From an uncultured Chloroflexia bacterium (GTDB lineage Bacteria > Chloroflexota > Limnocylindria > Limnocylindrales > CSP1-4), in the NCBI GenBank assembly GCA_963748625.1, contig CAVVJT010000010.1:608001-672000 (forward strand): DNA of 64,000 nucleotides, written 5' to 3'. Positions 18,008-27,444 of this stretch are shown here, in pieces. Each line of letters starts with the position of its first letter. Position 1 is the stretch's first letter. A program made the translations under genes and the position numbers. The notes beneath the pieces were generated by a model, which was given only the letters and a program-made list of their open reading frames with translations, was not told where the DNA came from and made no database searches.

Positions 18008-19155
18008 GCCCCGGCCCCGGGATCAGCGTCGGCCCCGGCCCCGGGATCAGCGTCGGCCCCGGCCCCGGGATCAGCGTCGGCCCCGGCCCCGGGATCAGCG
18101 TCCGCGGCGCCGGAACCACCGGGCGGACCGGGCTCCCGCGAGCCGAACCCGAGCTTCCGACCGCCCCGCTGGCGCTCCGCGATGGCGGCCAGGCGCTTGC
18201 GCACCATCGGCACGGCCTCGGGCAGGTCCGATGCCAGCAGGCCCGCGTCGCCGAGGCGCTCGCGCACCAGCTCGCCCGCCTGCGCGTGGAGGTACACCCC
18301 GAGCCGCGCCGCGTCGTAGGGTGCCAGGCCCTGCGCGAGCAGGGCACCGACCGTGCCTGCCAGCACGTCGCCGGTGCCGCCCGACGCCATCGCCGGGTTC
18401 TCGAACGGGGCGACGGCGACGGATCCGTCCGGGGCGGCGATCACGGTGTTCGCGCCCTTGAGGATGACGACCTGTCCCCACTCCACGGCCGCTGCCGATG
18501 CAGCCCGCACGCGATCCTCATCGCTGGTGTTGAGGTCGCCGTCCGCCGCGGGATCATGTCCGGCGCCGGCGCGCAGGCGGAGGAACTCGCCAACGTGCGG
18601 CGTGAGCACGCACGGACGGGTGACGCTCGTCCACCAGTCGTCGGCCGATGCCAGGGTCCGCAGCGCCTCGGCATCGAGCACCGCGGGCGGACCGGCGGCC
18701 TCCTCGGGTGCGGTCAGGATGAGGCGCAGCAGGTCCGCCTGGGCGAGCGACGGGCGCAGACCCGGGCCGATGACCAGCGCGTCGTGCTCGTGGTCGAGGA
18801 CGGCAGCCAGCGCGGGCTCGGGGTCCACCTCCTCCACATCGTCCTCGGGCAGCGGCAGGGTGGTGGCCTCCACGACCTTCGAGGCGAACAGCGGCTGCAG
18901 GGACTCGGGCACGGCTAGGGTCACGAGGCCCGCCCCGGCGCGGCCTGCTGCCCGGCATACGAGCAGCGCCGCGCCGGCATAGTTGAGCGAGCCTGCGACA
19001 ACGAGGATCCGCCCGAACGTGCCCTTGTGGCCGCGAGCCTCGCGCAGCGGGATGAGCCGGGCCATGGACTCGTCGTCGAGGCGCATCGCGCCGGGCGGGA
19101 TCGATCCACCGTCATCCTCGCGCCGCCCGAATCCCACCGGTCGCCGGTCAGCCAC
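18004..19155 (-). CDS. nnrD: ADP-dependent NAD(P)HX dehydratase, stand-alone (no NnrE epimerase domain)
   Basis: HKGTFG, GSLNYAGAA, GAGLV, IGPGL, LDAEAL, LTPHVGEF, LKGANT, MASGGTGDVLAG. Start GTG 19155 follows GGAGGAG. Confidence 0.93.
   Translation of the reverse strand: MADRRPVGFGRREDDGGSIPPGAMRLDDESMARLIPLREARGHKGTFGRILVVAGSLNYAGAALLVCRAAGRAGAGLVTLAVPESLQPLFASKVVEATTLPLPEDDVEEVDPEPALAAVLDHEHDALVIGPGLRPSLAQADLLRLILTAPEEAAGPPAVLDAEALRTLASADDWWTSVTRPCVLTPHVGEFLRLRAGAGHDPAADGDLNTSDEDRVRAASAAAVEWGQVVILKGANTVIAAPDGSVAVAPFENPAMASGGTGDVLAGTVGALLAQGLAPYDAARLGVYLHAQAGELVRERLGDAGLLASDLPEAVPMVRKRLAAIAERQRGGRKLGFGSREPGPPGGSGAADADPGAGADADPGAGADADPGAGADADPGAGA
18008..18102. repeat. 24-bp tandem repeat x4 in the 3' end of nnrD, encoding ADADPGAG
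   Basis: Unit gccccggccccgggatcagcgtcg at 18008, 18032, 18056 and 18080 (last copy 23 nt). Confidence 0.95.
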
Positions 19156-19732
19156 CCTTCTCCTCCGATCCGCCATCGAGCTCCGCGGCCAGCGCGGCCG
19201 ACGCCTCGTGCAGCGATCGCAGCCGGTCCATGCGCGCGAGCAGCGCCTGCTCGCGGTCGTCGAGCCGCGCATCGATGTCGAGCGGGAACACGTACTTGCC
19301 ACCTGCGGTCCGCACGCCGAAGGCGACCGCCACGGCGAAGTCGGACTCGTGGCTGATGGACACCGCGATCCGGCCCATGCCCAGCTGGTCGGCGCGCAGG
19401 GCCGCGCGTCCGTGGAGGACGACGTTGGGCTGGCCGGTGGGCATCCGCTCCACCTCGATGTCGCGCCAGCCCACGCCGCGAACGCCCAGGCCCAGCACCT
19501 TGGACACGGCCTCCTTGGCCGCCCACCGGCCCGCGAAGGTCTCGGGGCGCTGGCGGACGTATCGCTGCTCCTTGGCAGTGAGCACCCGGTCCGCGAACCG
19601 CTGGCCGAACCTGGCGATGGCTGCGGCGATCCGCTCGACCTTGACGATGTCGATGCCGACCTCGGTCGTGCCCGGCGGCACGACACCGGACGGGATCACC
19701 GGGTCGGGGGGCGCGGGCTCGGAGCGCGGCAT
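19148..19732 (-). CDS. acpS: Holo-[acyl-carrier-protein] synthase with C-terminal extension
   Basis: VGIDIV, RWAAKEAVSK, VSISHE. Confidence 0.95.
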   Translation of the reverse strand: MPRSEPAPPDPVIPSGVVPPGTTEVGIDIVKVERIAAAIARFGQRFADRVLTAKEQRYVRQRPETFAGRWAAKEAVSKVLGLGVRGVGWRDIEVERMPTGQPNVVLHGRAALRADQLGMGRIAVSISHESDFAVAVAFGVRTAGGKYVFPLDIDARLDDREQALLARMDRLRSLHEASAALAAELDGGSEEKGG

Positions 19733-19736
19733 CGGG

Positions 19737-21566
19737 CTACTCCACCGTGACCGACTTGGCAAGGTTGCGCGGCTGGTCCACGTCCGTGCCCCGCGCGACC
19801 GCCGTGTGATAGGCGAAGAGCTGGAGCGGGATCACGGCCAGCACCGGCGCCAGGGCCTCGTGGGTGTCCGGGACCAGGATGACCTCGTCGGCGAAGTGCG
19901 CAATCGAGGTGTCACCCTCAGTCGCGACCGCGATGACGCTGGCGTCGCGCGCCCGGCCCTCCATCACGTTGCTGATGAGCTTGTCGTAGATGCGCGAGCG
20001 GGTCGCCACAGCGACCAGCGGGCACTCCGCGTCCAGCAGCGAGATCGGCCCGTGCTTGAGCTCCCCCGCCGCGTACCCCTCCGCGTGGATGTAGGAGACC
20101 TCCTTGATCTTGAGCGCCCCCTCGAGGGCCGCGGGGTAGCCGTAGGCCCGGCCGATGTACATGAACCCGCGCGAACCGGCATAGCGGCGGGCGAGGACCG
20201 GCACATCGGCGGCCAGCTCCAGGGCCCTCGCGGCGGCCTCAGGCAGATGGCGGAGCGCGGCGCCCAGCTCCAGCTCCTGCTCCATGCCCATCGAGCCGCG
20301 GGCCTTCGCGATCGCCGCCGCCAGCACCACGAGCGTGGTGACCTGCGTGACGAACGTCTTGGACGCCGCAACCGCAACCTCCGGGCCTGCCTGCAGGAAC
20401 ATGACCGCGTCAGCCTCGCGCGTGATGGCCGAACCCACGGTGTTCGTGACTGCGACGATCGGGCAGCCCTGCTCCCGGGCCCAGCGGGTGGGCGCGATCG
20501 TGTCCGCGGTCTCCCCGGACTGGGTCACCGCGATCACGAGGGCGTTCTCGTCGAGCGGCGGGGGCGAGTAGCGGAACTCCGAGCCCACGGTGACGCGGGC
20601 GGGCAGGCCGGTCCACTCCTGGAGCGCGGCCGCCCCCACCAGCGCCGCATAGGACGCGGTGCCGCAGGCGACCAGCTCCACGCGCGTGACCCGGCGAAAG
20701 ACGTCCTGCAGCCCGTCGAGCTCGGGAGCCGCGATGCCACCCGCGGGCGACAGGCGTCCGGCGAGCGACTGGGCGAGGGCCTCGGGCTGCTCGTGGATCT
20801 CCTTGAGCATGAAGTGCGGGTAGCCGCCCTTGGAGGCCGCCTCCGGTGTCCAGTCGATGGTGGTCACCGGCCGTTCGACGGTGGTACCCGCAAGGTCCGT
20901 GACCACGACCCCGGTCGGATGCACGTCCGCCACGTCGCCTTCCTGCAGGAAGACCACGCGGTTGGTGTGGGCCAGGATCGCGGCGACGTCGCTGGCGAGG
21001 AACGTCTCCTCGCCGTTGAGGCCCACGATGAGCGGCACGTTGTGGCGCGCACCCACCAGGCGGTTGATCTCCCCCCGGTGCATCACCACCAGCGCGTAGG
21101 CGCCGTGCACCCGGGTGAGCGCTGCGCGCACGGCTGCCGCGAGGTCGCCCTGGTAGGCATCCTCGACGAGGTGGGCGAGCGCCTCCGTATCGGTCTCGGA
21201 CGTCAGCGTGTGGCCCTTCGCCTCCAGCTCGTCACGGAGCTCGCGGAAGTTCTCGATGATCCCGTTGTGGACCACCGTGATCGCCCCGGTGCAGTCCTGG
21301 TGGGGGTGGGCGTTGAGGTCGTTGGGCCGGCCGTGCGTTGCCCAGCGTGTGTGCGCGACGCCGATCGCCGCATGCGGCGTCCGGCCGAGGAGGGCGGTCT
21401 CGAGGTTGACGAGCTTGCCCGCCTTCTTCTCGACGAACAACTCCCCCTCCTCGTCAACGAGGGCGATCCCGGCGGAGTCGTAGCCGCGGTACTCGAGGCG
21501 CTTGAGGCCCTCGATGAGAATGGGGCCCGCCTCGCGGGGACCGGTGTAGCCGACGATGCCGCACAT
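19737..21566 (-). CDS. glmS: Glutamine-fructose-6-phosphate aminotransferase
   Basis: MCGIVG, EYRGYDSAG, HTRWATHG, QSGETADT, ELKHGP, PRNLAKSVTVE. Confidence 0.99.
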   Translation of the reverse strand: MCGIVGYTGPREAGPILIEGLKRLEYRGYDSAGIALVDEEGELFVEKKAGKLVNLETALLGRTPHAAIGVAHTRWATHGRPNDLNAHPHQDCTGAITVVHNGIIENFRELRDELEAKGHTLTSETDTEALAHLVEDAYQGDLAAAVRAALTRVHGAYALVVMHRGEINRLVGARHNVPLIVGLNGEETFLASDVAAILAHTNRVVFLQEGDVADVHPTGVVVTDLAGTTVERPVTTIDWTPEAASKGGYPHFMLKEIHEQPEALAQSLAGRLSPAGGIAAPELDGLQDVFRRVTRVELVACGTASYAALVGAAALQEWTGLPARVTVGSEFRYSPPPLDENALVIAVTQSGETADTIAPTRWAREQGCPIVAVTNTVGSAITREADAVMFLQAGPEVAVAASKTFVTQVTTLVVLAAAIAKARGSMGMEQELELGAALRHLPEAAARALELAADVPVLARRYAGSRGFMYIGRAYGYPAALEGALKIKEVSYIHAEGYAAGELKHGPISLLDAECPLVAVATRSRIYDKLISNVMEGRARDASVIAVATEGDTSIAHFADEVILVPDTHEALAPVLAVIPLQLFAYHTAVARGTDVDQPRNLAKSVTVE

Positions 21567-21617
21567 GCTCTTGGAGTACTCCTCGGGGACGCGCCTGCTG
21601 CTCGTCGGGGGGTCGGC

Positions 21618-22952
21618 CTAGTGTAGACGCTCCCCTGCGAGGGCCGCGATGGCGTCGGCCAGCTCCAGCACGAGAGCGCCGTCGGCACCCTCGACCATCA
21701 CCCGCAGGACGGGCTCGGTGCCGGACGGACGCACCAGGATGCGGCCGTGGGGCGCGAGCCGGACCTCCGCGTCGGCGATGGCGCTCCGCAGGATGTCGTC
21801 CGCCTCCCACTGGTCGCGGTGGCGGACCCGGATCGCGCGCTGCTGCTGGGGCAGGAGCGGGATCTCACGGGCGAGGTCGCCCAGGCCCGCACGGGCCCCC
21901 TGCATCACGCGCAGGAGCTCCAAGGCGGTGACAATGCCGTCGCCCGACGTGGAGTGCTCGCGCACGATGACATGGCCGCTCTTCTCGCCGCCGAGCCCCG
22001 CCCCCGATACGAGCATCGCCGCGAGGATGTGCTTGTCACCCACCGGCGTCCGGACGATCCGCCCGCCGGCGGCCTCAACTGCCGCCTGCAGGCCACCGTT
22101 CGACAGGACGGAGACCACCAGGCTGCCATCCGCGAGGGCACCCCGGCGCAGGCGCTCGAGGGCGAGGATCCCCAGGACCTGGTCACCGTCCACGAGGTGA
22201 CCCTGCGCATCCACGGCGATGCAGCGGTCGGCGTCGCCATCGAGCGCGAAACCGACATCGGCGCCGTGCGCCAGCACCGCCTCCATCAGCGAGGCCGGGT
22301 CGGTCGCGCCGCAGCCACGGTTGATGTTGTCGCCGTCGGGGCGGTCGTGGATGACGGTGACCCGGGCGCCCGTCTCGCGCACGATCTGGGGCCCCACCTC
22401 GTAGGCTGCGCCGTTGGCCGCGTCGAGCACGACGTGGAGGCCCGCACCGTCCACCGCGGAGGCGAGGGCCGAGCGGTGGGCGCTGTACTCGCCGAGAAGC
22501 CCGTGGGAGGACAGGGCCCGCCCGATGCCGGCGGGCGGCACGCCCGGCAGCTCGTCGGCGCGCAGGACCAGCGCCTCGAGCTCCTCCTCCACGTCATCGT
22601 CGAGCTTCTGCCCTGACGGGTCGAGCACCTTGAGCCCGTTGTCCTCGGCCGGGTTGTGCGACGCGGAGACCATGATCCCGGCGGCGAAGTGGCCGTTGCC
22701 CGCGAGATAGGCGAGCGCCGGCGTGGGCACGACGCCGACGAGGTGCACGTCCGCCCCCATGCTCGTGGCGCCGGCCGTGATGGCCGCAACGAACATGTCT
22801 CCCGAGCGGCGCGTGTCCTGGCCGACGACCAGCGAGCCGCCCGCCTTGACGATGTGGTACGCGGTGGCTCGTCCGAGCTGGAAGGCAAGCGAGGGCCGCA
22901 GGTCCACGTTGGCGGCTCCGCGGATGCCGTCAGTGCCGAACAGGCGCGTCAT
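21618..22952 (-). CDS. glmM: Phosphoglucosamine mutase
   Basis: LFGTDGIRG, SASHNP, DGDADR, GGEKSGH, RPSGTEP. Confidence 0.97.
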   Translation of the reverse strand: MTRLFGTDGIRGAANVDLRPSLAFQLGRATAYHIVKAGGSLVVGQDTRRSGDMFVAAITAGATSMGADVHLVGVVPTPALAYLAGNGHFAAGIMVSASHNPAEDNGLKVLDPSGQKLDDDVEEELEALVLRADELPGVPPAGIGRALSSHGLLGEYSAHRSALASAVDGAGLHVVLDAANGAAYEVGPQIVRETGARVTVIHDRPDGDNINRGCGATDPASLMEAVLAHGADVGFALDGDADRCIAVDAQGHLVDGDQVLGILALERLRRGALADGSLVVSVLSNGGLQAAVEAAGGRIVRTPVGDKHILAAMLVSGAGLGGEKSGHVIVREHSTSGDGIVTALELLRVMQGARAGLGDLAREIPLLPQQQRAIRVRHRDQWEADDILRSAIADAEVRLAPHGRILVRPSGTEPVLRVMVEGADGALVLELADAIAALAGERLH

Positions 22953-24306
22953 GCAGGATCCTCGTGCAGGGTGGGCGAAGCGGACGGGTCACGGGGTGGC
23001 CGACGGCGCGTCGGAGGGCGGCGCGGACGGCGTCGTCGGAGGGCTCGGCGGAGGGCTCGGGTGTCGGCGTCGGTGTCGGAGCGGGTGTCGGTGATGGGAT
23101 CGGCTCGACCGTGACGGTGATGGTCTCGGGCGAGATGGCGGCCACCGTGACGCCGGAAGGCAGGGAGGGCACCACCGTGACCTCGTGCGATCCGGCCTCC
23201 AGGTCCGCCACGTTGAGCCCGACCACGATCGGCGCTGCCCCCAGCGTGTCGAGGTCCGCCGTCGACCCGAACAGCGTGAGGAGCACGGTCAAGTTCGACG
23301 CCGTGTAGGTGACGTCGGGCCGCTGGCCGAACAGGCGCACGCCGGCCACGTACGAGCGGGTCTCCGTGACCGGCTCGATGGTCACCACGACCTGCACCGT
23401 GCCCGTCGCCGACGTCACCCCGGTCGGCAGCGCGAGTGCCACCTCCGTCGTCACGGTGCGCGTGGCCCCGGAGATGGGCACAGGCGCCGTGTCCGCGGCA
23501 GTGAGGTCCGCGAGTTGCTCCCCGTCGCCCTCCACCTGGACCACGATCGGGTCGACGGCCACGGCGGCGACCCGGAAGCCGGCACCGGGGCTGCCCGTGA
23601 TCAGCGGGTTGACCGGGACGGTGCGTGTCTCCTTGTCCGTGTAGACCGGAATGGCGACATGCACCGTGGGCGGGTCGATCTCGACACCGGTGACCACCTC
23701 GCCGCTGGCATCCACCGCGCGCGGCTGGAACTCCCGGTCAATGTCGATCCCGCTGCTGTCGATCGGGGTGACGACCTTGACCATGGCCACCTTGTTCACC
23801 GATCCCGAGGGACCCGACACGGTGACCTCGGTCGGGTCCACGATGGGCTCGCCCACCTCGAGCCCGGCCGGTGGCGTTCCCATGTCCACCGCCACGTCGA
23901 GGGTCTTCGCCACCCGCGTGTCCAGGACCACCTGGATGGAACGGGGCCGGAACTCGAGGATGGTCACCCGCGGATCGACAGGCGTGACGATCACCCGGTA
24001 GTTCGCGGCCTGGCCGTCGGCCTTGGCGTTGGCGAGGTCCACCGTGGCCAGGAAGTCGTCACCCTGCAGCCGCCCGACGTCGGCCGGGGCGAGGTAGCGG
24101 ATCTGCTCCACGTCCTTCAGCTGGTTGGTGATGACGGTCCCGGTCGGCTGGTTGACCGGGAGCACGGTGATGGGCCCCGGGTAGGTGTTGCTGTCCTGGC
24201 TTGCGACCAGACCCGCGTACAGGAGCGTGGCGAGCACGATCGCGGCAAGCTTGAGCGGCCAGTTGTGGATGATCGAGCGACCGACCCGGCGCAACGTGCG
24301 ACCCAT
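22930..24306 (-). CDS. cdaR: CdaR/YbbR-repeat regulator of diadenylate cyclase (true stop probably 22989 via a frameshift)
   Basis: NWPLKLAAIVLA TM anchor, repeated YbbR-like units (PTEVTVSGP, PPTVHV, PETITV), P/T-rich tail; lies between cdaA and glmM. Confidence 0.88.
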   Translation of the reverse strand: MGRTLRRVGRSIIHNWPLKLAAIVLATLLYAGLVASQDSNTYPGPITVLPVNQPTGTVITNQLKDVEQIRYLAPADVGRLQGDDFLATVDLANAKADGQAANYRVIVTPVDPRVTILEFRPRSIQVVLDTRVAKTLDVAVDMGTPPAGLEVGEPIVDPTEVTVSGPSGSVNKVAMVKVVTPIDSSGIDIDREFQPRAVDASGEVVTGVEIDPPTVHVAIPVYTDKETRTVPVNPLITGSPGAGFRVAAVAVDPIVVQVEGDGEQLADLTAADTAPVPISGATRTVTTEVALALPTGVTSATGTVQVVVTIEPVTETRSYVAGVRLFGQRPDVTYTASNLTVLLTLFGSTADLDTLGAAPIVVGLNVADLEAGSHEVTVVPSLPSGVTVAAISPETITVTVEPIPSPTPAPTPTPTPEPSAEPSDDAVRAALRRAVGHPVTRPLRPPCTRILHDAPVRH

Positions 24307-24308
24307 CG

Positions 24309-25247
24309 TCAGGCCTCCACCGGGCCGGCGTCGTCAGGGCCGGGTCCGGCCTGCTCGGCAGGCGGGGACGCGGGCACCGCCGGTTCGACCTTGGCGGTCC
24401 GACGACGGGCGATGCGCAGCCGGCCCTGGCGGGCGCCACGCATGAGGACGGAGCCGCCGCGCGCGGGCCCGGAAGGTGAACCGAGCAGGGATGTCAGGGC
24501 ACGTTCGAGCTGCTGCTCGTTGGGTACGCGCACGATCCGTGCGCGCTCGACGACGCTCATCCGGCCGCTCTCCTCGGACACGACCACGGCGACGGCATCG
24601 GTCTGCTCGGTGATGCCCAGGGCCGCCCGATGGCGGGTGCCGAACCGCTCCGAGAGCTGCATCTCGGTGAGGGGCAGGAGGGCCGCCGCGGCCAGGATCC
24701 CGTCGCCCCGGATGATGACGGCGCCGTCATGGAGCTCGGTGCGGGGCATGAAGATGGTGCACAGGATCTCGTACGACAGGTCGGCGTGGAGCATGACGCC
24801 GGTCTCGGCGATCTCCTCGAGTCCCGTCTCACGCTCAAGCACGATCAGGGCCCCGTGGCCCTCCCGCGACAGGAGACCCGCAGCCCTGCTGACCTCGCCC
24901 GCGACATGCTCGATCTGGCGCTGGCCGGCGGGGGCGAACAGACGCCCGACGGCACCGACACGGCCAATGCGCTCGAGCGCACGACGGAGCTCCGGCTGGA
25001 AGACGACGACAAGGGCGAACAGGCCGACCACGGCGCCCGCCTGGAGCAGCTGGGTGAACAGGCGCAGCTCGAGGAGCTGGGCGAGCGCGTAGATGCCCAG
25101 CAGGATCGACACGCCGATCACGAGCGTGACGGCACGGGTGCCCCTGATCAGGCTGAACAGCCAGTAGATGAAGATCGCGGTGATGCCGATGTCGAGCAGG
25201 GTCGTCATCGTGATCTGCCGGACGAGCGAGTCGACGAACGGGAGCAT
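24309..25247 (-). CDS. cdaA: Membrane diadenylate cyclase (c-di-AMP synthase)
   Basis: Three N-terminal TM helices, FQPELRRALE, HDGAVII (DGA), GTRHRAA (RHR), VSEESG. The start ATG 25247 overlaps the TPR stop (TGATG). Confidence 0.96.
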   Translation of the reverse strand: MLPFVDSLVRQITMTTLLDIGITAIFIYWLFSLIRGTRAVTLVIGVSILLGIYALAQLLELRLFTQLLQAGAVVGLFALVVVFQPELRRALERIGRVGAVGRLFAPAGQRQIEHVAGEVSRAAGLLSREGHGALIVLERETGLEEIAETGVMLHADLSYEILCTIFMPRTELHDGAVIIRGDGILAAAALLPLTEMQLSERFGTRHRAALGITEQTDAVAVVVSEESGRMSVVERARIVRVPNEQQLERALTSLLGSPSGPARGGSVLMRGARQGRLRIARRRTAKVEPAVPASPPAEQAGPGPDDAGPVEA

Positions 25248-26374
25248 CAGCGGACCGCCCGAGCTGACGTGATGCGCTCCGCGGTCACGGCGTCCCCGTC
25301 CAGCGTCGCGAGCCGGCTGAGCAGGTCGAGCTTGTCGTTCGCGAGCGCGGTCCATCCTTCCTGGTCGTACAGCTGCACCAGCGCCAGGTGGAGTCCCGTG
25401 TCATCAGGGTCGAGCGACAGCGCCTGGTAGCAGGCGTCGAGGGCGGCGTACACGCGACCCTCGCGCAGGCTCGCCGACGCCAGGTCGAGGAACCGCTCGG
25501 TTGCCGAGCGATCGCCGGCGTCCAGGATCATCTCGGCGTCCTGGGCGAGCCTCTCGAGATCCACCGCATCGGGCAGGGCGCGGTCGAGCGCCATGGGGAT
25601 GCGGGCAATCACCGGCACAGTGTCGGGTTCCAGCGCTGGCTCGGGGCCGGGTTCCGCTGCGGGCTCGGGCTCCGTTGCGGTCTCCGCTACCGGCTCCGGC
25701 TCCGGCTCCGGGGTCGATGCCGTTTCCATGACCGGCTCCGGCTCCAGTGCGGCCGCCAACGTCACGTCGCTCGACGCGGCGTCCGCCTCCTCCGCGGCTG
25801 TCCCAGCCGTGGCCTGCGCTGCCGCTGCGGTGGCAACCGCGGGGGCCACCCGTGGGCGAGCCATCGGCATCGCCGAACCCTCGAGCACACGCAGTGCCCG
25901 TTCCAGGGCGAGCCGGCCGGGTTCGCCTGGCTCAGAGGCACGGAGGCGCTCGATCAGGTGCTCGAGCGTCCGGCGCCGGTGGCGCCCCTCGGCGAGCTCG
26001 AGGCCACGCCGAGCGGCATCGACCGCATCAGCGAGCTTGCCACCCGATGCCTGCAGCTCCGCAAGCTCGTCGAAGGCATCGCCGGCTTCGGCCCGTCGCT
26101 CGAGGGCGGACAAGGCCTGGGCCCGCCCGAGCAGCGCCGCCTCATCGCGCGGTCCGATCCGGACCGCTACCTCGTAATGGCGCAACGCGTCGGCGGGCCG
26201 CTTGCGACGCATGAGCGCCGTCCCGGCGCTGGTGTGCGGCGTCGAGCGCTCCGGGGCGATCCTCGCCGCCTCGGCATACGCGACCAGCGCCTCATCAACG
26301 CGGCCTCGCAGTGATGCGACATGCCCGCGCTTGAGCGCTTCCTTGTAGCGCTCGTACAGGGCCTCGCCGCTCAT
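25247..26374 (-). CDS. Tetratricopeptide-repeat protein with an acidic Pro/Glu linker
   Basis: TPR-like helices (EALVAYAEAARIAP, DALRHYEVAVRIGP, ACYQALSLDPDD) on either side of an EPEPEP linker. Confidence 0.85.
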   Translation of the reverse strand: MSGEALYERYKEALKRGHVASLRGRVDEALVAYAEAARIAPERSTPHTSAGTALMRRKRPADALRHYEVAVRIGPRDEAALLGRAQALSALERRAEAGDAFDELAELQASGGKLADAVDAARRGLELAEGRHRRRTLEHLIERLRASEPGEPGRLALERALRVLEGSAMPMARPRVAPAVATAAAAQATAGTAAEEADAASSDVTLAAALEPEPVMETASTPEPEPEPVAETATEPEPAAEPGPEPALEPDTVPVIARIPMALDRALPDAVDLERLAQDAEMILDAGDRSATERFLDLASASLREGRVYAALDACYQALSLDPDDTGLHLALVQLYDQEGWTALANDKLDLLSRLATLDGDAVTAERITSARAVR

Positions 26375-26401
26375 CGTCCGCCTCGCTCCGCGCTCTCGTC
26401 G

Positions 26402-27340
26402 TCAGGCCATCAACTCGACCAGCAGCGCCTTCTGCGCGTGCAGACGGTTCTCAGACTGGTCGAAGATGATGCTCCGCGGTCCGTCCATCACGTCGGACGT
26501 GATCTCCTCACCGCGGTGCGCGGGCAGGCAGTGCATCACATATGCATCAGGAGCGAGCGCCATCAGCTCTGCGTTCACCTGGTAGCGCGCGAACGCGTCG
26601 CGCCGCTCCTCCGCCTCCGCCTCCTGGCCCATCGAGGTCCACGCGTCGGTGTAGACCGCGTGTGCGCCCTCCACGGCCTCGCGGGCATCGGCGGTGAACA
26701 CGAGCCTTCCGCCGGAGGCAGCCGCGATCTCCCGGGCGCGTGCCACGATCCGCTCGTTGGGCCCGTAGCCCACGGGATGGGCCAGGCGGACCTCCATGCC
26801 CAGGGTGGCGCCCATCAGGACCAGCGAGTGGTAGACGTTGTTGCCGTCGCCCACGAACGAGAGGACGGCGCCGCGGAGATCGCCGAGCTTCTCGTGCAGC
26901 GTGAACAGGTCGGCCAGCGCCTGGCAAGGATGCTCGCGGATCGTCAGGCCGTTGATCACGGGGATCTCGGCCCGCGCCGCCAGCTCCACGACCACCTCGT
27001 GGGGACCCGTGCGGGCCATGATCGCGTCCACGAATCGCTCGAGGTTGCGGGCGACATCGCCCACCGTCTCCCGGCCACCGAGAACCACACCCTCCGTCAG
27101 GTAGATCGCATGACCCCCCAGTTGCGTCATGCCGGCCTCGAAGGTGACACGCGTGCGCAGGCTCGGCTTCTGGAACAGCATGGCCAGCGTCCGCCGCTCG
27201 AGGGGCGGAGCGGCGTGGCGATGCTCAACGGCGTACTCAGCCTTCAGCTCCATCGCGCGCAGGAACAGGCGCCCGATCTCCACAGCCGAGAGGTCGGCGG
27301 CACTGATCAGGTCCCGTCCGCGGAGGCTGCTGGTCGTCAT
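26402..27340 (-). CDS. argF: Ornithine carbamoyltransferase
   Basis: FQKPSLRTR, HPCQALAD, GDGNNV, DAWTSMG, HCLP, QSENR. Confidence 0.93.
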   Translation of the reverse strand: MTTSSLRGRDLISAADLSAVEIGRLFLRAMELKAEYAVEHRHAAPPLERRTLAMLFQKPSLRTRVTFEAGMTQLGGHAIYLTEGVVLGGRETVGDVARNLERFVDAIMARTGPHEVVVELAARAEIPVINGLTIREHPCQALADLFTLHEKLGDLRGAVLSFVGDGNNVYHSLVLMGATLGMEVRLAHPVGYGPNERIVARAREIAAASGGRLVFTADAREAVEGAHAVYTDAWTSMGQEAEAEERRDAFARYQVNAELMALAPDAYVMHCLPAHRGEEITSDVMDGPRSIIFDQSENRLHAQKALLVELMA

Positions 27341-27444
27341 GGCTGCTGCGTGAACCTCGGGAGAATGCAGATCGCCCGCGCCACCGGTCGTGCCGGGAGC
27401 GCGGGCGACAATCATCGCCTGTAGGGCGGCCTCGCCGCCAGCGG

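Noticed and set aside
18008-18102. CRISPR or REP element
   Set aside because: Perfect head-to-tail 24-bp coding repeat with no spacers.
18004-19686. 560-aa NnrE-NnrD fusion as given in the ORF track
   Set aside because: The upstream 177 codons overlap acpS in another frame and lack YjeF_N motifs; the SD supports GTG 19155.
21567-21617. glmS ribozyme upstream of glmS
   Set aside because: The glmM-glmS spacer is only 51 nt, too short for the ribozyme, and no core motif is recognisable.
26402-27340. N-acetyl- or N-succinyl-ornithine transcarbamylase, suggested by SLRT instead of STRT
   Set aside because: The ornithine-binding DxxxSMG and HCLP motifs are intact, consistent with an ordinary OTCase.
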